NCBI GenBank assembly: GCA_012295275.1 | Contig: CM022671.1 | Location: 11,284,001 to 11,348,000 of the forward strand | Origin: Chrysomallon squamiferum | Taxonomy: Eukaryota; Animalia; Mollusca | Direction: 5' to 3' | DNA length: 64,000 nucleotides | Part shown: piece after piece, positions 1 to 14,480 of the stretch | Layout: the number at the start of each line of letters is the position of its first letter | Position numbering within the stretch: the first letter of the stretch is position 1 | Made by a program: the position numbers and the translations under genes | The notes under the pieces: generated by a model | Seen by the model: the letters and a program-made list of their open reading frames with translations, nothing else | What the model was told of the DNA's origin: nothing | Databases searched by the model: none

Positions 1-486
1 ACTACTGCTACTAACAGTAATAATAATAATAAGAAGAAGAAGAACAACAATTATAATGAGGATAATGATGTATGCTTAGTCTGGGGTCGATGATTCTAAG
101 CTAATCTATAATGGCTACTTAGAGTATCTGAATAACACTGATAATATGGGGAAAAAATTAATAATAAATAAAGCGAAATGTTTTGATAAATCGAGTTCGA
201 AATTCGATTTGTTTTTCAGTTTCAGTGTTTGTGCAGTTAACAAGTAACGTATTAATACTTAATTATATTATAATTTTCACGTGCGATCTAGCATTCGATA
301 GTAATTTCATATGTTGCGTTTTTCCCAATTTTCATCTTACTATCAAATTTCAAATAAAATTTTGGATTACAATACATTATTCACTGGCTGAGAAATAACA
401 AGGAAGATAACTCTGCTAGTTTTACTATTTTAATTTTCAGCAAGCTCAACCTGTAGGGGAAAATGTTTCTTTTGCCTTTTCTTCTC

Positions 487-489
<3 letters not shown>

Positions 490-536
<47 letters not shown>

Positions 537-551
537 GGTGTGTGTGTGTGT
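490..551. repeat. (GT)n microsatellite
   Basis: Visible dinucleotide run with GGGT interruptions. Confidence 0.95.
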
Positions 552-1406
552 TTGGATATATAGATATAGATATATACCAAAACTATAGCTATAATATAAA
601 TTTAATAAAACAGCATGAAATAAATATTATTAAAAAACAGTTGGTAAATGACATTAACTTGTCATTTACATGGGAATAATAACATTAACTATTGTCTTTT
701 TCATGATAATACCTCCATTTTAGTTTTATATTACTGTTTTCACATACAAATTGTTTTTAAAAAGTATTAGATGCTTTAAATAACTGACGTCAAAATTATA
801 ATTGTCTGACATCATAATCTCGTGCAAAAGCTTTTTAGCATGCGTGATATTTAAGCTGTCAGCTGACAGAATTATAACAAAACAGAGCATTTCTTTTATC
901 AGGCTTTCGTTTTTATACCACAGACATGAAAAGAGTTTGATGACAACAGTTGCAAACGCGTGCGCTTTGCATTGTAAATTTGAATCCTATTCTGAAACAA
1001 AGGGTATTGTCAAGCAGCCATATAACAAATCAATAATTGTATTTGTGCAGGTTTACGTTGGACAGCGCACCTGTACTGTGTTGTGTGTTTGTCTCAACTT
1101 TCTGTCTTTGTCGCGTTATAAACACACCGGATTTGTTTAGGGGGAAAGTATCGATCCAGATCATGTTTTAATGCTGTGGCATTTTTATGTTTTATTCCTA
1201 GCGTTGTGCATTCTGAGCGTTTTCTTTTCCCTTCATTTTTGTTTGGGTTTTTAAGGGGGGTTCCGGACATTTTTGGAATTTTTATTTATTTATTTATTTT
1301 TGTTGTTGTTACTGTTGGTTTTGTTATTACCATTATTAATATTACTTTTATGACCATTATTATTATTATTATTATTATTATTAATACTATTCTCTTCAGC
1401 CGTATG

Positions 1407-1407
<1 letters not shown>

Positions 1408-1488
<81 letters not shown>
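1408..1488. repeat. (CT)n microsatellite
   Basis: Perfect run. Confidence 0.97.
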
Positions 1489-1492
<4 letters not shown>

Positions 1493-4295
1493 ACATAACT
1501 TCGAATATCAATTTTATTTTCTAAACAACTGTACATCAGTTTTAAATGAGCCACAGAAATGCAGGAAAAATACTTCTAGAATGAAGTGAGTTTTACGAGA
1601 TACTAAAACTAAAATAACAATAACAAAAGCTATATAACTACAAAATAAAACAAAACGAGAAATAACGTGGGATTTATCGAATACGGCAGCAAATGCTGCA
1701 CCTCATCCTCCACAGATCCGCTTGTGAAATGTTTCTATTGTATTTCTATCTGCTGCAGTTTTCACTGTTCTTTCTTTTCGTTTTTAGCTTGCTCGTTATG
1801 CTAACCCATTTCTTTCTTTTACTCTTGTTTGTACGTAAACACTCATATTTACGGTGCAAAGCGCACACGTTTGCAACTATTGGCTTCAAACCCTTTTCAT
1901 AATGTCTCTGGTGTAGAAATGATAGGATTATAGAATAATAACCTTTTCTTCTTTTTTATTTTTTATTTTTTATTTTTATTTTTTTTCTGTCGACGTATTC
2001 GTGTAATATGTAGATACGAAAATAATAATATTACATAATATCTAAATGGATTATTATATAATATACGAAATTACAGATTTTTTTGTTACTCATAAATGAA
2101 TGCTGTAACTTGCATTAACTGAAAACACTGGTTTCGACACATTACACAGAGTAAACAACGTGAATTATAACGGTAAACCAGATCAATCTTTCTCAAGAGA
2201 CGGGGTGAATGATTTAATCTATGCCCGATTCCATCTTTTTGGCACAAACACAACCCCCTTCCTTGAATACAGCTGAGACTGGCATAACTGACTGTAATAT
2301 AACTTTCTCCTCTCAGTCAGATGGAGTCTGAATGTTACAAATTTCAACCTGTATTTAATAATTTTTTGCTTCATGGAAATATCAAGGTTAACTGCGTTAA
2401 ATAAATAAGATAAAGTTGTTAAATATAATTTTGACGCAAATCCTGTGCACGGTATTACAGCAACATATTCTTAACTAGAAAATTCAAGTTAAGCGTTACA
2501 CGTTATGCATAAACACGAATCCAAACCCTTATTACTCTGTGTTATCCCACATTTTATCAAGAGTCCCACGTTACTGGCGTGTCAGTATCAAGTCTGATCT
2601 TTCCTTTCCGTGGAAGGTGCATTTTGTTTTGAAATTCGTGTCTAAAGATTAGAGCAGTGGTTATTTTTAAAATCTGGACAGTCTCCAACTGTCCTTAGAA
2701 TTGTTTTCAAGTAAATCAATAGCTGCTGGGTAAAAATAATAAAACCCTTTGGTGATTCACACATCGCTGACTGACAGCTTGTCCATGAATCATGTCAATA
2801 TACCTTTCATTATGTCTGCCATAGCAACTTAGACAGGTTCATGTACCCCGACTGTTCGTTTGTTTGTGTCAAGGTTGACAGGTAAAAGAACATGTTATCA
2901 CCTGACCGCCAAACCGTTACCTGCAGCAGTGACTGATTTTGTCAGTAATTATCAAGAATATAAACAAATGTTATCTTCTCGGGTAAGGGAGCGTAAATAG
3001 AAGAAACTGTTACTAATGTGCCAGTGAGTTTGTCACCGGTGACAAATACAAAGAAAAAGGTGTTAGTAAAGTATTAATAAAAATTTTTTAAATTTAATTA
3101 TAATATCAGTTTATTACGCATACAAAGTAATTTTAAATAAAAAGAAGAAGTTTATAACAATTTTGTTTCTATGTACGTTCTTCTCGCTTCGATCCACACG
3201 CATGATGAACGTCTCCTGCTAATGAATACTTTAATGGCGTCGCCATTCCTTATTTTATTCTTTGCGCTAAACAGACCATCAGATTCAGTCATTGTCGAAA
3301 GGCAGCCATTAACCGAAAATAAAAGAATCAACAGCTATTACTCGCTCTTCGCCAAGCCTCATTGATTAACCCAGTCTATGCTTAATGTATGATGTTATTA
3401 ACAAAAGCATTATGACGACTCATAATCCATATTTAGAATTATATAATGTGCTGAAGCTATACAGATTACAAAACGTATGATTCATATTTTTAAAAATATA
3501 TTTGAATCAGTAGCTTCTTCTGATAATATATGATTAAGACAACCTTACGTCCACTGAATCGCAACTTCTTCAGAAGATTGACAAGGTGAAGAAAAAAATC
3601 GCCCAAATCAGAAGAATTATCACGTTCCTCTGTTTAAAAAATAAAATAAATCACAGAGATAAAAACTAAGGAAAGACGCAAGAACGTTACTGGCAATTCC
3701 AAAAACAAAATAATCATAATTATTTCATATATAGCGTAAAGGTACTAATGAAATAAGTAACATTAAATTACGTATTATTTTGAGTGATAAACAAACCAAG
3801 GGTTGCATCATTAGCAGCGATAGCGATAGTAGAAATTTTAGAATTATAAAATATAGTAGTGGGGTATATAATGAAGTAGTAGTAGTAGTAGTAATAGTAG
3901 TAGTGGTAGTTGTTGTTTTGTTGTTGTAGGAGTAACAAATAAATTGTATTGCTGATAATGATTTTCTAGTAAAACTAGAAGCCAAAACAGCATCAGTAAT
4001 AGAAGAAGTTAATTATTACTGATAATCGTAATCAAATGAAACAGAAAGTATTTTAATTACAGGAAAATGAAATACACGTGGGATAACCAGTGATGCACGT
4101 GAAGTATTTATGTAACACGTGGCTGGGAACTTAATCCTGTATACACGTGTACGTGTTTTTCGTTGTCTGCCTAAATGTTTTTCTTGGGCTTGGTTGTTAA
4201 TAAATAGATGCCGGGGAAATAGTAAGTGTGAGTGTTCAGTAGGTCTGTCTGTCTTTATGCACGTATGTATTGCGTAAGGGTTTGAGCCAGAAGGT

Positions 4296-4347
<52 letters not shown>

Positions 4348-7300
4348 ACTCCTCGTAATATATTCATGAGTATATTAGTGTGAATGTATGGGTGAATATA
4401 TGTATATATATATATATGAATAATACTATGTATATAGAGTTTATGTGTGTAAAGGCAATAAACAACAAAACCGTCATCAATAAATTTAATCACACAATTA
4501 TAAAATAATTCTTCCGGCATGGTGCACTGTGTTATATAACTAAGGTTCAAACAATACGATTACTTTCACAAAGCAAGGTGTCAGTCAGCTATATTACTCT
4601 ATTTAACTTAATGGTTTATAACCTGCTTCCTCAAACCGTTGAGAACGGCTGTAACCTGTAATAGCTGTGACGTAAACGCCGTTGACCGTTCAAACACGTG
4701 ACAGTCACATGGTTTAGGAATGACTGACGACATTGTTAGGAACGACTTTGAAGCAGCAGGCACGTTCTTCAGTTATGACAATTGATAAATACGTTTTCTT
4801 AACACGTCGCTGACGCCAACCACGCGGTTGTTAAAGGATATGACATCAGCAACGTAAACATGAATGACGACTGACTAGGTTTATCTCACAAACCCTATCC
4901 TCACAGGTTGAGTCATAATCAGGTTAAGATAACAAAATAAAACAAAAATGTATGTGTATGTATGTACGTATGCAGGTATTTGCGCATAATATAGAAAGGT
5001 GTGTTTGGTTTATATGCGGAGGGTTAGCCTGTTTAAATAATAAAAATAAAAATTAATGTTTATTTATTAATAATTATTATTCATAATGCATGCGTCACAT
5101 TGAGCTAATCTATTCTTTCTTTACGTTAGTAGATAAACGAAGGGTTCTTACTAGTCCCTTACAAGGGTTATTGATTCCTCTGTGATATAAATAAAAGGGA
5201 CAGAAACTAGCTGAAAGGTAAATGAACGTAATTTTCAACATGCAGTTCAGTCTTTTGACTTACTGTAACGCAGTAGATTACCTTGAGTGAACAATAACTG
5301 TTTATAATAATGCAGTTAGGCAACCCATTTACCTTCGTATTGAACGCGTGACAACATGTACACTCTGTTTCACAAAACTGTTTCATATTATTGTTTAGTT
5401 TCCGTTCTTTGTAAACAGATTTCTATGTAGAAAAGGTTACTGGCATTTCATATTTGTAGCTATAAATAACCGTAAAATACTTCACTAATTTTTTGTTTTA
5501 TAATCCTCGGGACATATGACAGTTCACGTCGTCTTCTTTGTTTTAAAATAAACTGTATTAGTAAACATCTTGTACAAGTGTTTGTTTTGTTGTTGGTGCT
5601 TTAGTGTTGTCTTTTTTATTACTTTTATTATTTATTTACTTTTATTTTTTTATTTTTATTTTTTTAAATAATAATAATAATACACGTTATCATAAACCGG
5701 AATTGTATTGTGAATTCGTTAGGTGTTAGATCATTTTTGTTATTGTAGTTGTTAATGCTGCTGTCGACATCACCGTTAACATTTTCATTGTCACAATAGT
5801 CCGTTTATGATTGCTTTTGTTGCAATTTCGCTTCTTAAATTAATATGTGTATTTAACTTTATTTTGCTTTATTTTTTATTTTTTTTTTTTTTTTTTTTTT
5901 TGAAATGGTTTTGTGACGATATATTTTGATTAGATTTATTGTGCTTTTCCAGTTCATCATCATTATTACTATTGTTGTTATTGCTGCTATTTTCTTATTT
6001 TCAAAGAGTGTGTGATTTGTCTATCTGCCTTTACGATATTTTGGATGGTCTCGTGTTGTCATTATTTTCACCTGCTTATGTTGTTTTTGTTTTCTCATTT
6101 TAAATGTTCCCTTAGTTGTGTTTTTCATCAACTTGAACCATCAGATACTCTATTATTAATCGAATCATCATTAGTGCATGCGTTTTGTAAATAAAAATTT
6201 CAATATCTAATTAAGTTCTTTTAATTCATTAGTTTGTTTTTAATCCACTCAGGTACAGGTGAGGTGTTCGGTTAAACAGTTAATTAAAAACCCAGATAAT
6301 CTCGATATTTTTAAATTATTTTCTTTTAATAATGCATTATAACGTCTCACATTATATACCCGTAATTATTATTATTATAATGTTTTTACATTTGATCTTT
6401 TCTGGATGCATTATTGATTACAATAGAAACTTAGGATACATACACGTAATTATTATTGTACAGATGAGTTTATTAAAGCTGTTTCTCTTAGAGGTTTATG
6501 CAAGGTGAGAAATACTGAATATAAAGTAGGTCTGATCAACTTTTTGTTTCCAACAAAGAACTGTTCAGTTATACCTGAATGAATGAATACGTTTTCTTGT
6601 TATACACGTTTAAATATGAACGGGTATTGCATGAATAACTGCTGTAGTTTATGATATTTTTAAAAAGATGTGTTTGTTTTGTCCTCGGTCGCGCATTTTA
6701 TTTCACTTTCCATGTTGTGTTACGTATCATCAGCATTAACAGCAGCAACAACAACAACGAAAAAAACAATAAAAAGGAAAAACGAAGATTTGTGAAAAGA
6801 GAAATAATTAATAACGGCAGGAAAATCCTTGTTTTTGATATACTTGAAATATTACCCTGATTCCATCAACAGATACATATTGATTTATCGGTTTCGAAAC
6901 TCGCCACATTCTTTAACGTGTTTATTCTACAGCAGAAGATTTTAATTCTCTTCCTCACGAGTAGATGCATCTAATCAGTGTAAACTAGTAGCCCCAGGCA
7001 TTCTCAGAGTGAAGATAAAAAACCTAATAATAATCAATTTTATAACAACTCTGATACTGTGGACATGTATATGTTTCCACCCTCTGTATATTTCAAATAG
7101 GTGCGTGTATCTGTATCATAAGCAGTAATTCAAAAAATATATTAATAATAACAAGAAAAAATAAGATAAAAAATTTTTTCACAAAAGATTTTGACGGGCC
7201 TGTACTCACACCGTAACGCTTTTGCACTGATTTTCAAGATAAAATGGTATAGAAATAAGAAAATAGAATTTCTATTTTTTACTTTTCTGCGACGGACACG

Positions 7301-7561
7301 CCCGCTGACCTGTCAGAAAGCGTGCCCGTCGCAGACGTGCTTCACAACAGCTTGCTCTGATTAGCACGTTAATTTTTTTCCTATTCCTATTCCTATTTTG
7401 TACGGCTACGAGGAGTAAACATGTGAAGCTAGTCCACTGCAAAGACAACTAATAACTGCTGCAATAACTGTTTTGATCACAAAGATGGTGGTGACTCCTC
7501 GTGGTTACAAACGTGGACTATAACCGCGAGGAGACACGTCATCAGGTGTTTTTAATAGTGC

Positions 7562-7630
7562 TAACTGAACTGTTAATAACTGAACTGTTAGTAACTGAAC
7601 TGTTAATAACTGAACTGTTAGTAACAGAAC
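7562..7630 (+). repeat. 15-bp tandem repeat TAACTGAACTGTTA(A/G), ~4.5 copies
   Basis: Directly visible; the last base alternates A,G,A,G. Confidence 0.9.
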
Positions 7631-8139
7631 TCACAGCCAGATCTCATAATTAACTGTACGTATCAGTTACAATTTCAGTTATAGGGTTTTATTTGCTCAT
7701 TTTGTTGTTGTTGCAGTTTCTTTTTTCGTTTTTTTTTTCTTTTTTTTATTATAATTATTATTATATTTTTTTGTATGTGTGTGTCAGTGAATTTATATAC
7801 GTAAGTATGTATGTATATGTGTGCATGAATATATATTTTTTCTTGCTTTTTTTAATATTTCTTCTTTCTTTCTTTTTTTCTCTATTTTTCTTCTTCTTCT
7901 TTAATTTATTAGACTCGTCACAGGAAAACTAGTGTATTTTAATACGTTAGACATCTTTGGTTGGTTTGTCTTGTAAACTATTTATTGAGTTCTGTTCTTT
8001 TCTGTATTGTTTTATTCTGTTCTATTTCCAGTCTGCTTCATTTTAGTTTTATTTTGATTTAATTTAATTTGATAACGTATTTATTGATTTACTTAATTAC
8101 TGCACTCAGTATTTGTTTTATATTCCAATAGCGTCATTT

Positions 8140-8320
8140 CATCACTATAATACTAGTTGTATTAGAAGTAGTGTTAGCAGAAGGAGTTGTAGTAATTGTA
8201 GTAGTCGAGATAGTAGAAGAAGTGGCAATAGTTAAAGTAGTAGTAGTAGCAGCAGTAGTAGCAGTGGTGACGGTAATACTAGTAGTAGTAGTTGTTGTTG
8301 TTGTTTGTTGTTGTAGCAGT
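8140..8320. repeat. Degenerate (GTA/GCA/GTT)n trinucleotide tract
   Basis: Low-complexity triplet tract that produces spurious Val-rich and Thr-rich ORFs. Confidence 0.85.
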
Positions 8321-8746
8321 AGTTTAATATATTTAATTAGACAATTAATAACACCATTCCACACACAAAAATACATTTATACTCTCACATACACATACAC
8401 AAACACACACACACACACGCACGCACGCACACATACCTGGAATTTTATATACAAAAATGATCTGAATTTATATTTATATATTGCATAAATATGAGCTGCT
8501 ATTAATAATAACAAGTGAGTTTTCAGTTTTGGCACGCAGATTGATATAATGCTGACATATAGCCAGCTAGACCTAACTGTGACAAACACTGGAAATGGTT
8601 AGACCACAGCCAAAACGTGAGTAAATATTGTCCATCTCACATAAAGAGTTTGTATGTTCAGTAAAATATTTAGCTGCAAGCTAGAATAGATTTCTATGCT
8701 GTGTGTTGATTATTAGCGTAAAAAGTATTGTAAATTATGTTTGATG

Positions 8747-8870
<124 letters not shown>

Positions 8871-10850
8871 TATACAGATATTATACATACATACACAAAA
8901 CAAAAGTTATGCGTACATATTTATAAATATATACATGCATACATATATACATACATACAAACATACATACATATATACTTAATAATGCACATACATACAC
9001 AACATCATAATTAAGAACTACTAGAAAGCAGTTTATTTAAATAAAACACGGTGCTTAATGTTTCTTCTGGGGTTTTTTAAAGATGACTGAAAGTACAAAG
9101 AACTCATACATCATTCACTGCACACGTTTAACGTGTCTGATTTACATGTAGTTTCCCTTCCTTCCTTCTTTCTCTTACAATTGTAATTTTCATTTTCATG
9201 TTAAAGAATTCGTCGAATAAAAGTAATTATAAATGAATAAATTCATTTATTTCGATTATTGTGTTATCTTTTATCACACAAACAAGCTAACACACATAAC
9301 TACACAAAACACATATAAACACACAATCATAAAATATTATTTTCCCTAACATAATTTAATATAAGATATTAAAGATAATTATGTATATATTTGTGAATGT
9401 ATGTGTGCAGAAACCTTCTCCATTAAATGAATACAGTGCGTCTGTAATGATAGGAAAGTAGGTAATAAAGAAAGTTTACAACTACGAATGGCCCTCACGA
9501 TTGATATAACGAAACGAAATCAATTTATAATTGTTGTAATGAGCTGTATTTATTGATTTCATAATAAACGTTAAGCTACGAGGAGCAACAGTTCAATAGT
9601 GTGTTCTTATTTTAATGAGTCAAATGTTACCGAGCGTGAACTACAGTCTTTATGATGAAACAGTGGAAATAATCACAGAACGAATGAGTAAATGTCATTT
9701 AAGCCTTCATTCATTCTAGCCATTTTTCTTAATTTTTCACACGCATACAAAAGTAAACAAATGTTAGATAATTATCTGTTTAACAACATGTAAACTGTTT
9801 ATAATGCGATTGTTGAAACTCTTTGGCGTAAGCAGGGTAAAGACATTTATAGAAAACATGTAAACAAAATAGCACGTTGGTAAACAAAATATTTGCGGTG
9901 AGAACACAAGTGTTTTTAAATATCCAAATTATGAGGGTTCACGTGTGTTTTAAATTTCCTCTCCTCCAAATTCTCCCTTCTTAAAAACACTGAACTCGAT
10001 CTAACAGAACAAGGGAAGTAGCTCGGGATATTCAGTATCTCATTTGTCAACTTGGAAAGGTTCAGATACGGTACAAAACTGACAACGATTTGAGAATTAG
10101 ATTCCTGCGGGCATTATGCCTTGATACTATAGCCTGCGCTCGAGGTCACACGTCACAAGTTTCTAATTCACTTCGTTAGTGGTCATATACGAACGGGAAA
10201 GAGCAGGCTATGACTGACGTTTTGACCGTATAGCAGACGGTTCCCATAATTCCCTAATGAATGGATTGTAACTGGCGTGTATATTTGTGTGCGGTGTGTT
10301 TCTTAAGAGAGTACTAACTTAGCGAAGAGTGGCGAAAATTTGCTGTTGATGAATTGTGGATATTTCATGGATTCTGTGATGCTGAAGGGTAGTTAGCTAC
10401 CCCACTGGAATTCTTAGTGATGAAAATGGAAAGAACAGAAAGCACGGCAGACCTGCAGTCGGGTATAGATTGTTTTTATATTTTTCTTTTTAATAAACCG
10501 CTTAGCGTATAGTTGCTAATTCATTTATATACTGTGCTTAGTGATGTGGAGAGCCTAACAAAGGCGTGAGGCAGTAATAAACTGTAACGAATAGCTAAGG
10601 CAGGGAGGTTTCGTAAGGTGAATATTGTCATACTTACATAACTGTCTTAAGGAAGTTTGAAATGTTTTGTTTCCTTTGTACTGTTAAGTGAAAAGGAAAG
10701 TAAGTAAACGATATAAAAGGATACTAAGTGAAGAAAAATTACGAGAGTTTACTTTTGTTGATTTAAATATCGGTATCTCCCTGCTCTGAATTTAGTAAAT
10801 AATCATAGTTCATAAATTAGTATACAGCGTACTGTTAATTTTACAATATT

Positions 10851-10853
<3 letters not shown>

Positions 10854-10926
<73 letters not shown>
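10854..10926. repeat. (TC)n microsatellite
   Basis: Perfect run. Confidence 0.97.
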
Positions 10927-10929
<3 letters not shown>

Positions 10930-12320
10930 TTATCTCTACCTCGGTAATATAACAATTATATTTTTTTTATTATCTCACATTGTTTTACTATTTTTGTCTC
11001 TATTCTCTTTTTGCACAACACTGGATTCTTTGTTCGAATGTGTATTTTAAATATTTAAAAAGAGCGAGTGAGTAATACACCTTTGTTAAATAACGTGTTA
11101 CAATGACAGCCTTTTTTTTTTCTTTTTTCCATTGATACTCATTTCCTAAGATAACAATTAAATAATAATAATTATATGCACTGCTGAAATGAACATGAAG
11201 TCAAACACCAGCTGAGAAGGTGAAGTGGGGTAAAATACGTCGTGTTTGAAATAAAACAGACTGATTAGGCCGAGGACGTGGTGGACGCCGTGGACGGTGG
11301 TGGCTGACACCACTGTTAATCAGTCTGCTGTGCTGCATCTCGCCTCGCAGACGTAAACTTTCCACACACTCGTGTTTGTCTTCTTCTTCGTGTAGAAACG
11401 TATCAGATCTCTCAGGTCCCCATCCCTAACAACACGTGAGAAACAAATCACAGTGTTATTTAACTTGCATCATGCGAAAAAAAAAGAAAAAAAAAAAAAA
11501 ATGTTCCCACAGAAATGATAATTGTGCGTTGTAACATGCGGCCTGTAAAAAGGGTAAAGCAATCTGAAAACGCCTGGTGTTGTAAAATATTCTGGAAACG
11601 TGTCTCTCAAAATGTGGTATACATTAATTTCTTAGTTAGAATGTCCTTACAGATTAACTGTAATGTGCATTATTTTCACTAATTTCACACACTGGGATCA
11701 TTTCAGATATTAAAGATTACGTGTGCTTTGTCTGATCTTTAAACTTTCTTAGATTACAATTACAGTTCTAAAGGTTATGTTAATTACGACTACACGACTT
11801 AATTATGCCACATCGTTGAAGATTAAACGATTATCATTACTGATTTATTTTTCATTTTTTATAGCTTTCTTTAGAACAAGCTTTATAACTTTAGAAAACT
11901 CGTGTTGCGTTCTATTTTTAGAATTATAAAACGTTAAGTTTTAAAAGCAAGTTAGAATAAAACGTATACTGATGAATGGACATAAGTGTGTTTTGTTCGG
12001 TTGCTAGTAGTAATTCGTGTGTTTTGTGACTGGATATACAGTTACTGTTCATAGAACCCACACATCGACCCGAGTTATTTCTGTGGTTGGTTTCTTTTGT
12101 GTGTTACTGTAATGAAGTAAGCTTTGAACAAGTAATGTGGACCTGTATGTCTAGGTGACGTCTTACAGTAACCATCAGCGATATTTTTAAAATAATGTCT
12201 TCACCTCAGTAGCAGATTTCTTTACATATTATTAACGTGTGATGGATTATAAATATATATATTTTGTAATATATACATGTTTACGTGTATATATGATGTA
12301 TTTGTGTATCGTTTGTATGT

Positions 12321-12365
<45 letters not shown>

Positions 12366-13611
12366 ATGGGATATTTTCGTTTATTGGAGGATATATATAA
12401 ATTTATACAATATATTATAAGTTTGTTTGAATTTGCAACGTAGTATGTATTCATGTCAGTTCATGGTTGTAACAGTATGTTATTTCTTCACTTAAAAACA
12501 ACTGCTGCATACACGAAATCAGTAAATAATTATATATATTGTTACTTATAAATATATACGTTTCATTCACTAAAACAATATTTACGGAAGTAATTCACAT
12601 TTATCGTTTCCCTTTCCTTAACTGGCTGCATTGTTTCCACACATTGTTACGTGTTTCCTTGTGCGTGTGTCTCTGTTGTCTCCATGGTGTGTTACGAGAG
12701 CTGACAGAAACTGTCAGCGATTAGCCAGTTAGCTGCATCAACACCTCACCTGCTGCAGTTTATAATCAGCAGCGGACCCAACACTGCTAACAGGAGTGTG
12801 TAAATATCGTGGTAGATTTTACTTAAGTATGATAAATTATATTTTTAAAAACCTATATGGCTTGTCCCAAGATAAATAAATCATATCCGAAAAATCTTCT
12901 TTTTTTTTTCGTTCGTTTTATATCATTTTATATATAATAATGAACATCTAAATTTCATTTAAAAAAAAAAAAAAAAGAAATAACAACATCTATTCTTCTG
13001 TAAAAAAAAAAAAATCTCTAAAAATGCACACACGCACGCACGCACGCACGCACGCACGCACACACACACATTCATTGAGAATTTCTGATTATGTCGCATA
13101 AACAATGTTGATGTTTAGTCTCGCTAGCTGGTGCAAGTAGTCAGATGTGAGTGTTACTTGACCGGTGTTAGTAAGTCGACACAACAACGAGTAAGTAACT
13201 AGCACGTGGGTTCGGTGTTAATGTTTATGCATTCTTCCATTAGTCGCTGTGAACCCATTAAGTACAGAGATTATAACAATTACCTGTTTGTTGTTACAGC
13301 CAGACAACCAACATGTAGATAATCGACAGGCATGACGTCAGAATTGTTGTTCTCTCTAACATGTACATGTATTCAACTATATATTCAAAATTTATAATAT
13401 ACATTGAAAGAATATATTTAAGTTAAACGAAACTAATTACTAGTTACTACCACTACTTTTATTACTATATATAGTATTACTACGATCTTTAATTAGTATT
13501 AATAATATACGCAAACAGATATGTATATATTTTAATTTAAAGAAAATAAATATAATTATGATTTCCACTATTTTTTTTTTTTATATATAAATTAATATTA
13601 CAGCTGGTAGT

Positions 13612-13647
<36 letters not shown>

Positions 13648-13812
13648 GAACATACGATTAAAGATTTGTTCAATTCTTTATTTTTACTCTTTTTTATAAT
13701 TCTTTATTTCTTTTAATTTAAAAATGAATTTCAGTATGACAAATAAATTAAATAATTATTAGTTTTAATTATTAAGTATTTTTACTTTATAGAATGTATA
13801 TGTCACATATTT

Positions 13813-13817
<5 letters not shown>

Positions 13818-13906
<89 letters not shown>
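13818..13906. repeat. (TC)n microsatellite
   Basis: Perfect run. Confidence 0.97.
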
Positions 13907-13911
<5 letters not shown>

Positions 13912-14283
13912 ATATATATGCAAAATATGTGTATGTAAATAAGAGAGATAAAACGGCTGAAGAAATATTGAATAACAAGATATTATATAAAGAGATGATA
14001 TTAAAAATCGCGAAGATTAAAAGGTTTAATAAATCTACCGTTTCAATAAATCTCATATGATTAACTAAATTAGTGATTAGAAATTAACTTAGGGCTATTT
14101 TAATGTCACGAATGCTGCAGGATGTAATTAAAAAGGAACGCTCGCATCAAAGGCGCCTTCTTTACTTGTATAACCTCTAAAGTGTTTAATTAATGTGTGT
14201 GTGTGTGTGTGTCTATGTATGCATGTTGTTGTGTATGAATCTATGGATATCAATATTTTTCAGAATGCCATTAATACATATGC

Positions 14284-14480
14284 TTGTATGTATGTGTGTA
14301 TGTATGTATCTGTGTATAAATGTATCTGTGTATAAGTGTATGCATGTATACAGTTATGCATGTATGCCTGTATCTGTGTATGTATGCATGTATGCATGTA
14401 TGAATGTATGAATGTATGTATGTATGTATGTATGTATGTATGTATATGTGTATGTATGAATGAATGTATTTGTATGCATA
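14284..14480. repeat. Degenerate (TGTA)n tetranucleotide tract
   Basis: TATG/TGCA/TGAA tetramer mixture. Confidence 0.85.

Noticed and set aside
6464-6504. Possible 41-nt + strand exon (TACAG|ATGAG...CAAG|GTGAGA)
   Set aside because: Isolated splice-like pair with no partner exons; expected by chance.
8134-8488. Thr-rich (mucin-like) and Val-rich ORFs
   Set aside because: Degenerate trinucleotide tract without convincing splice context.
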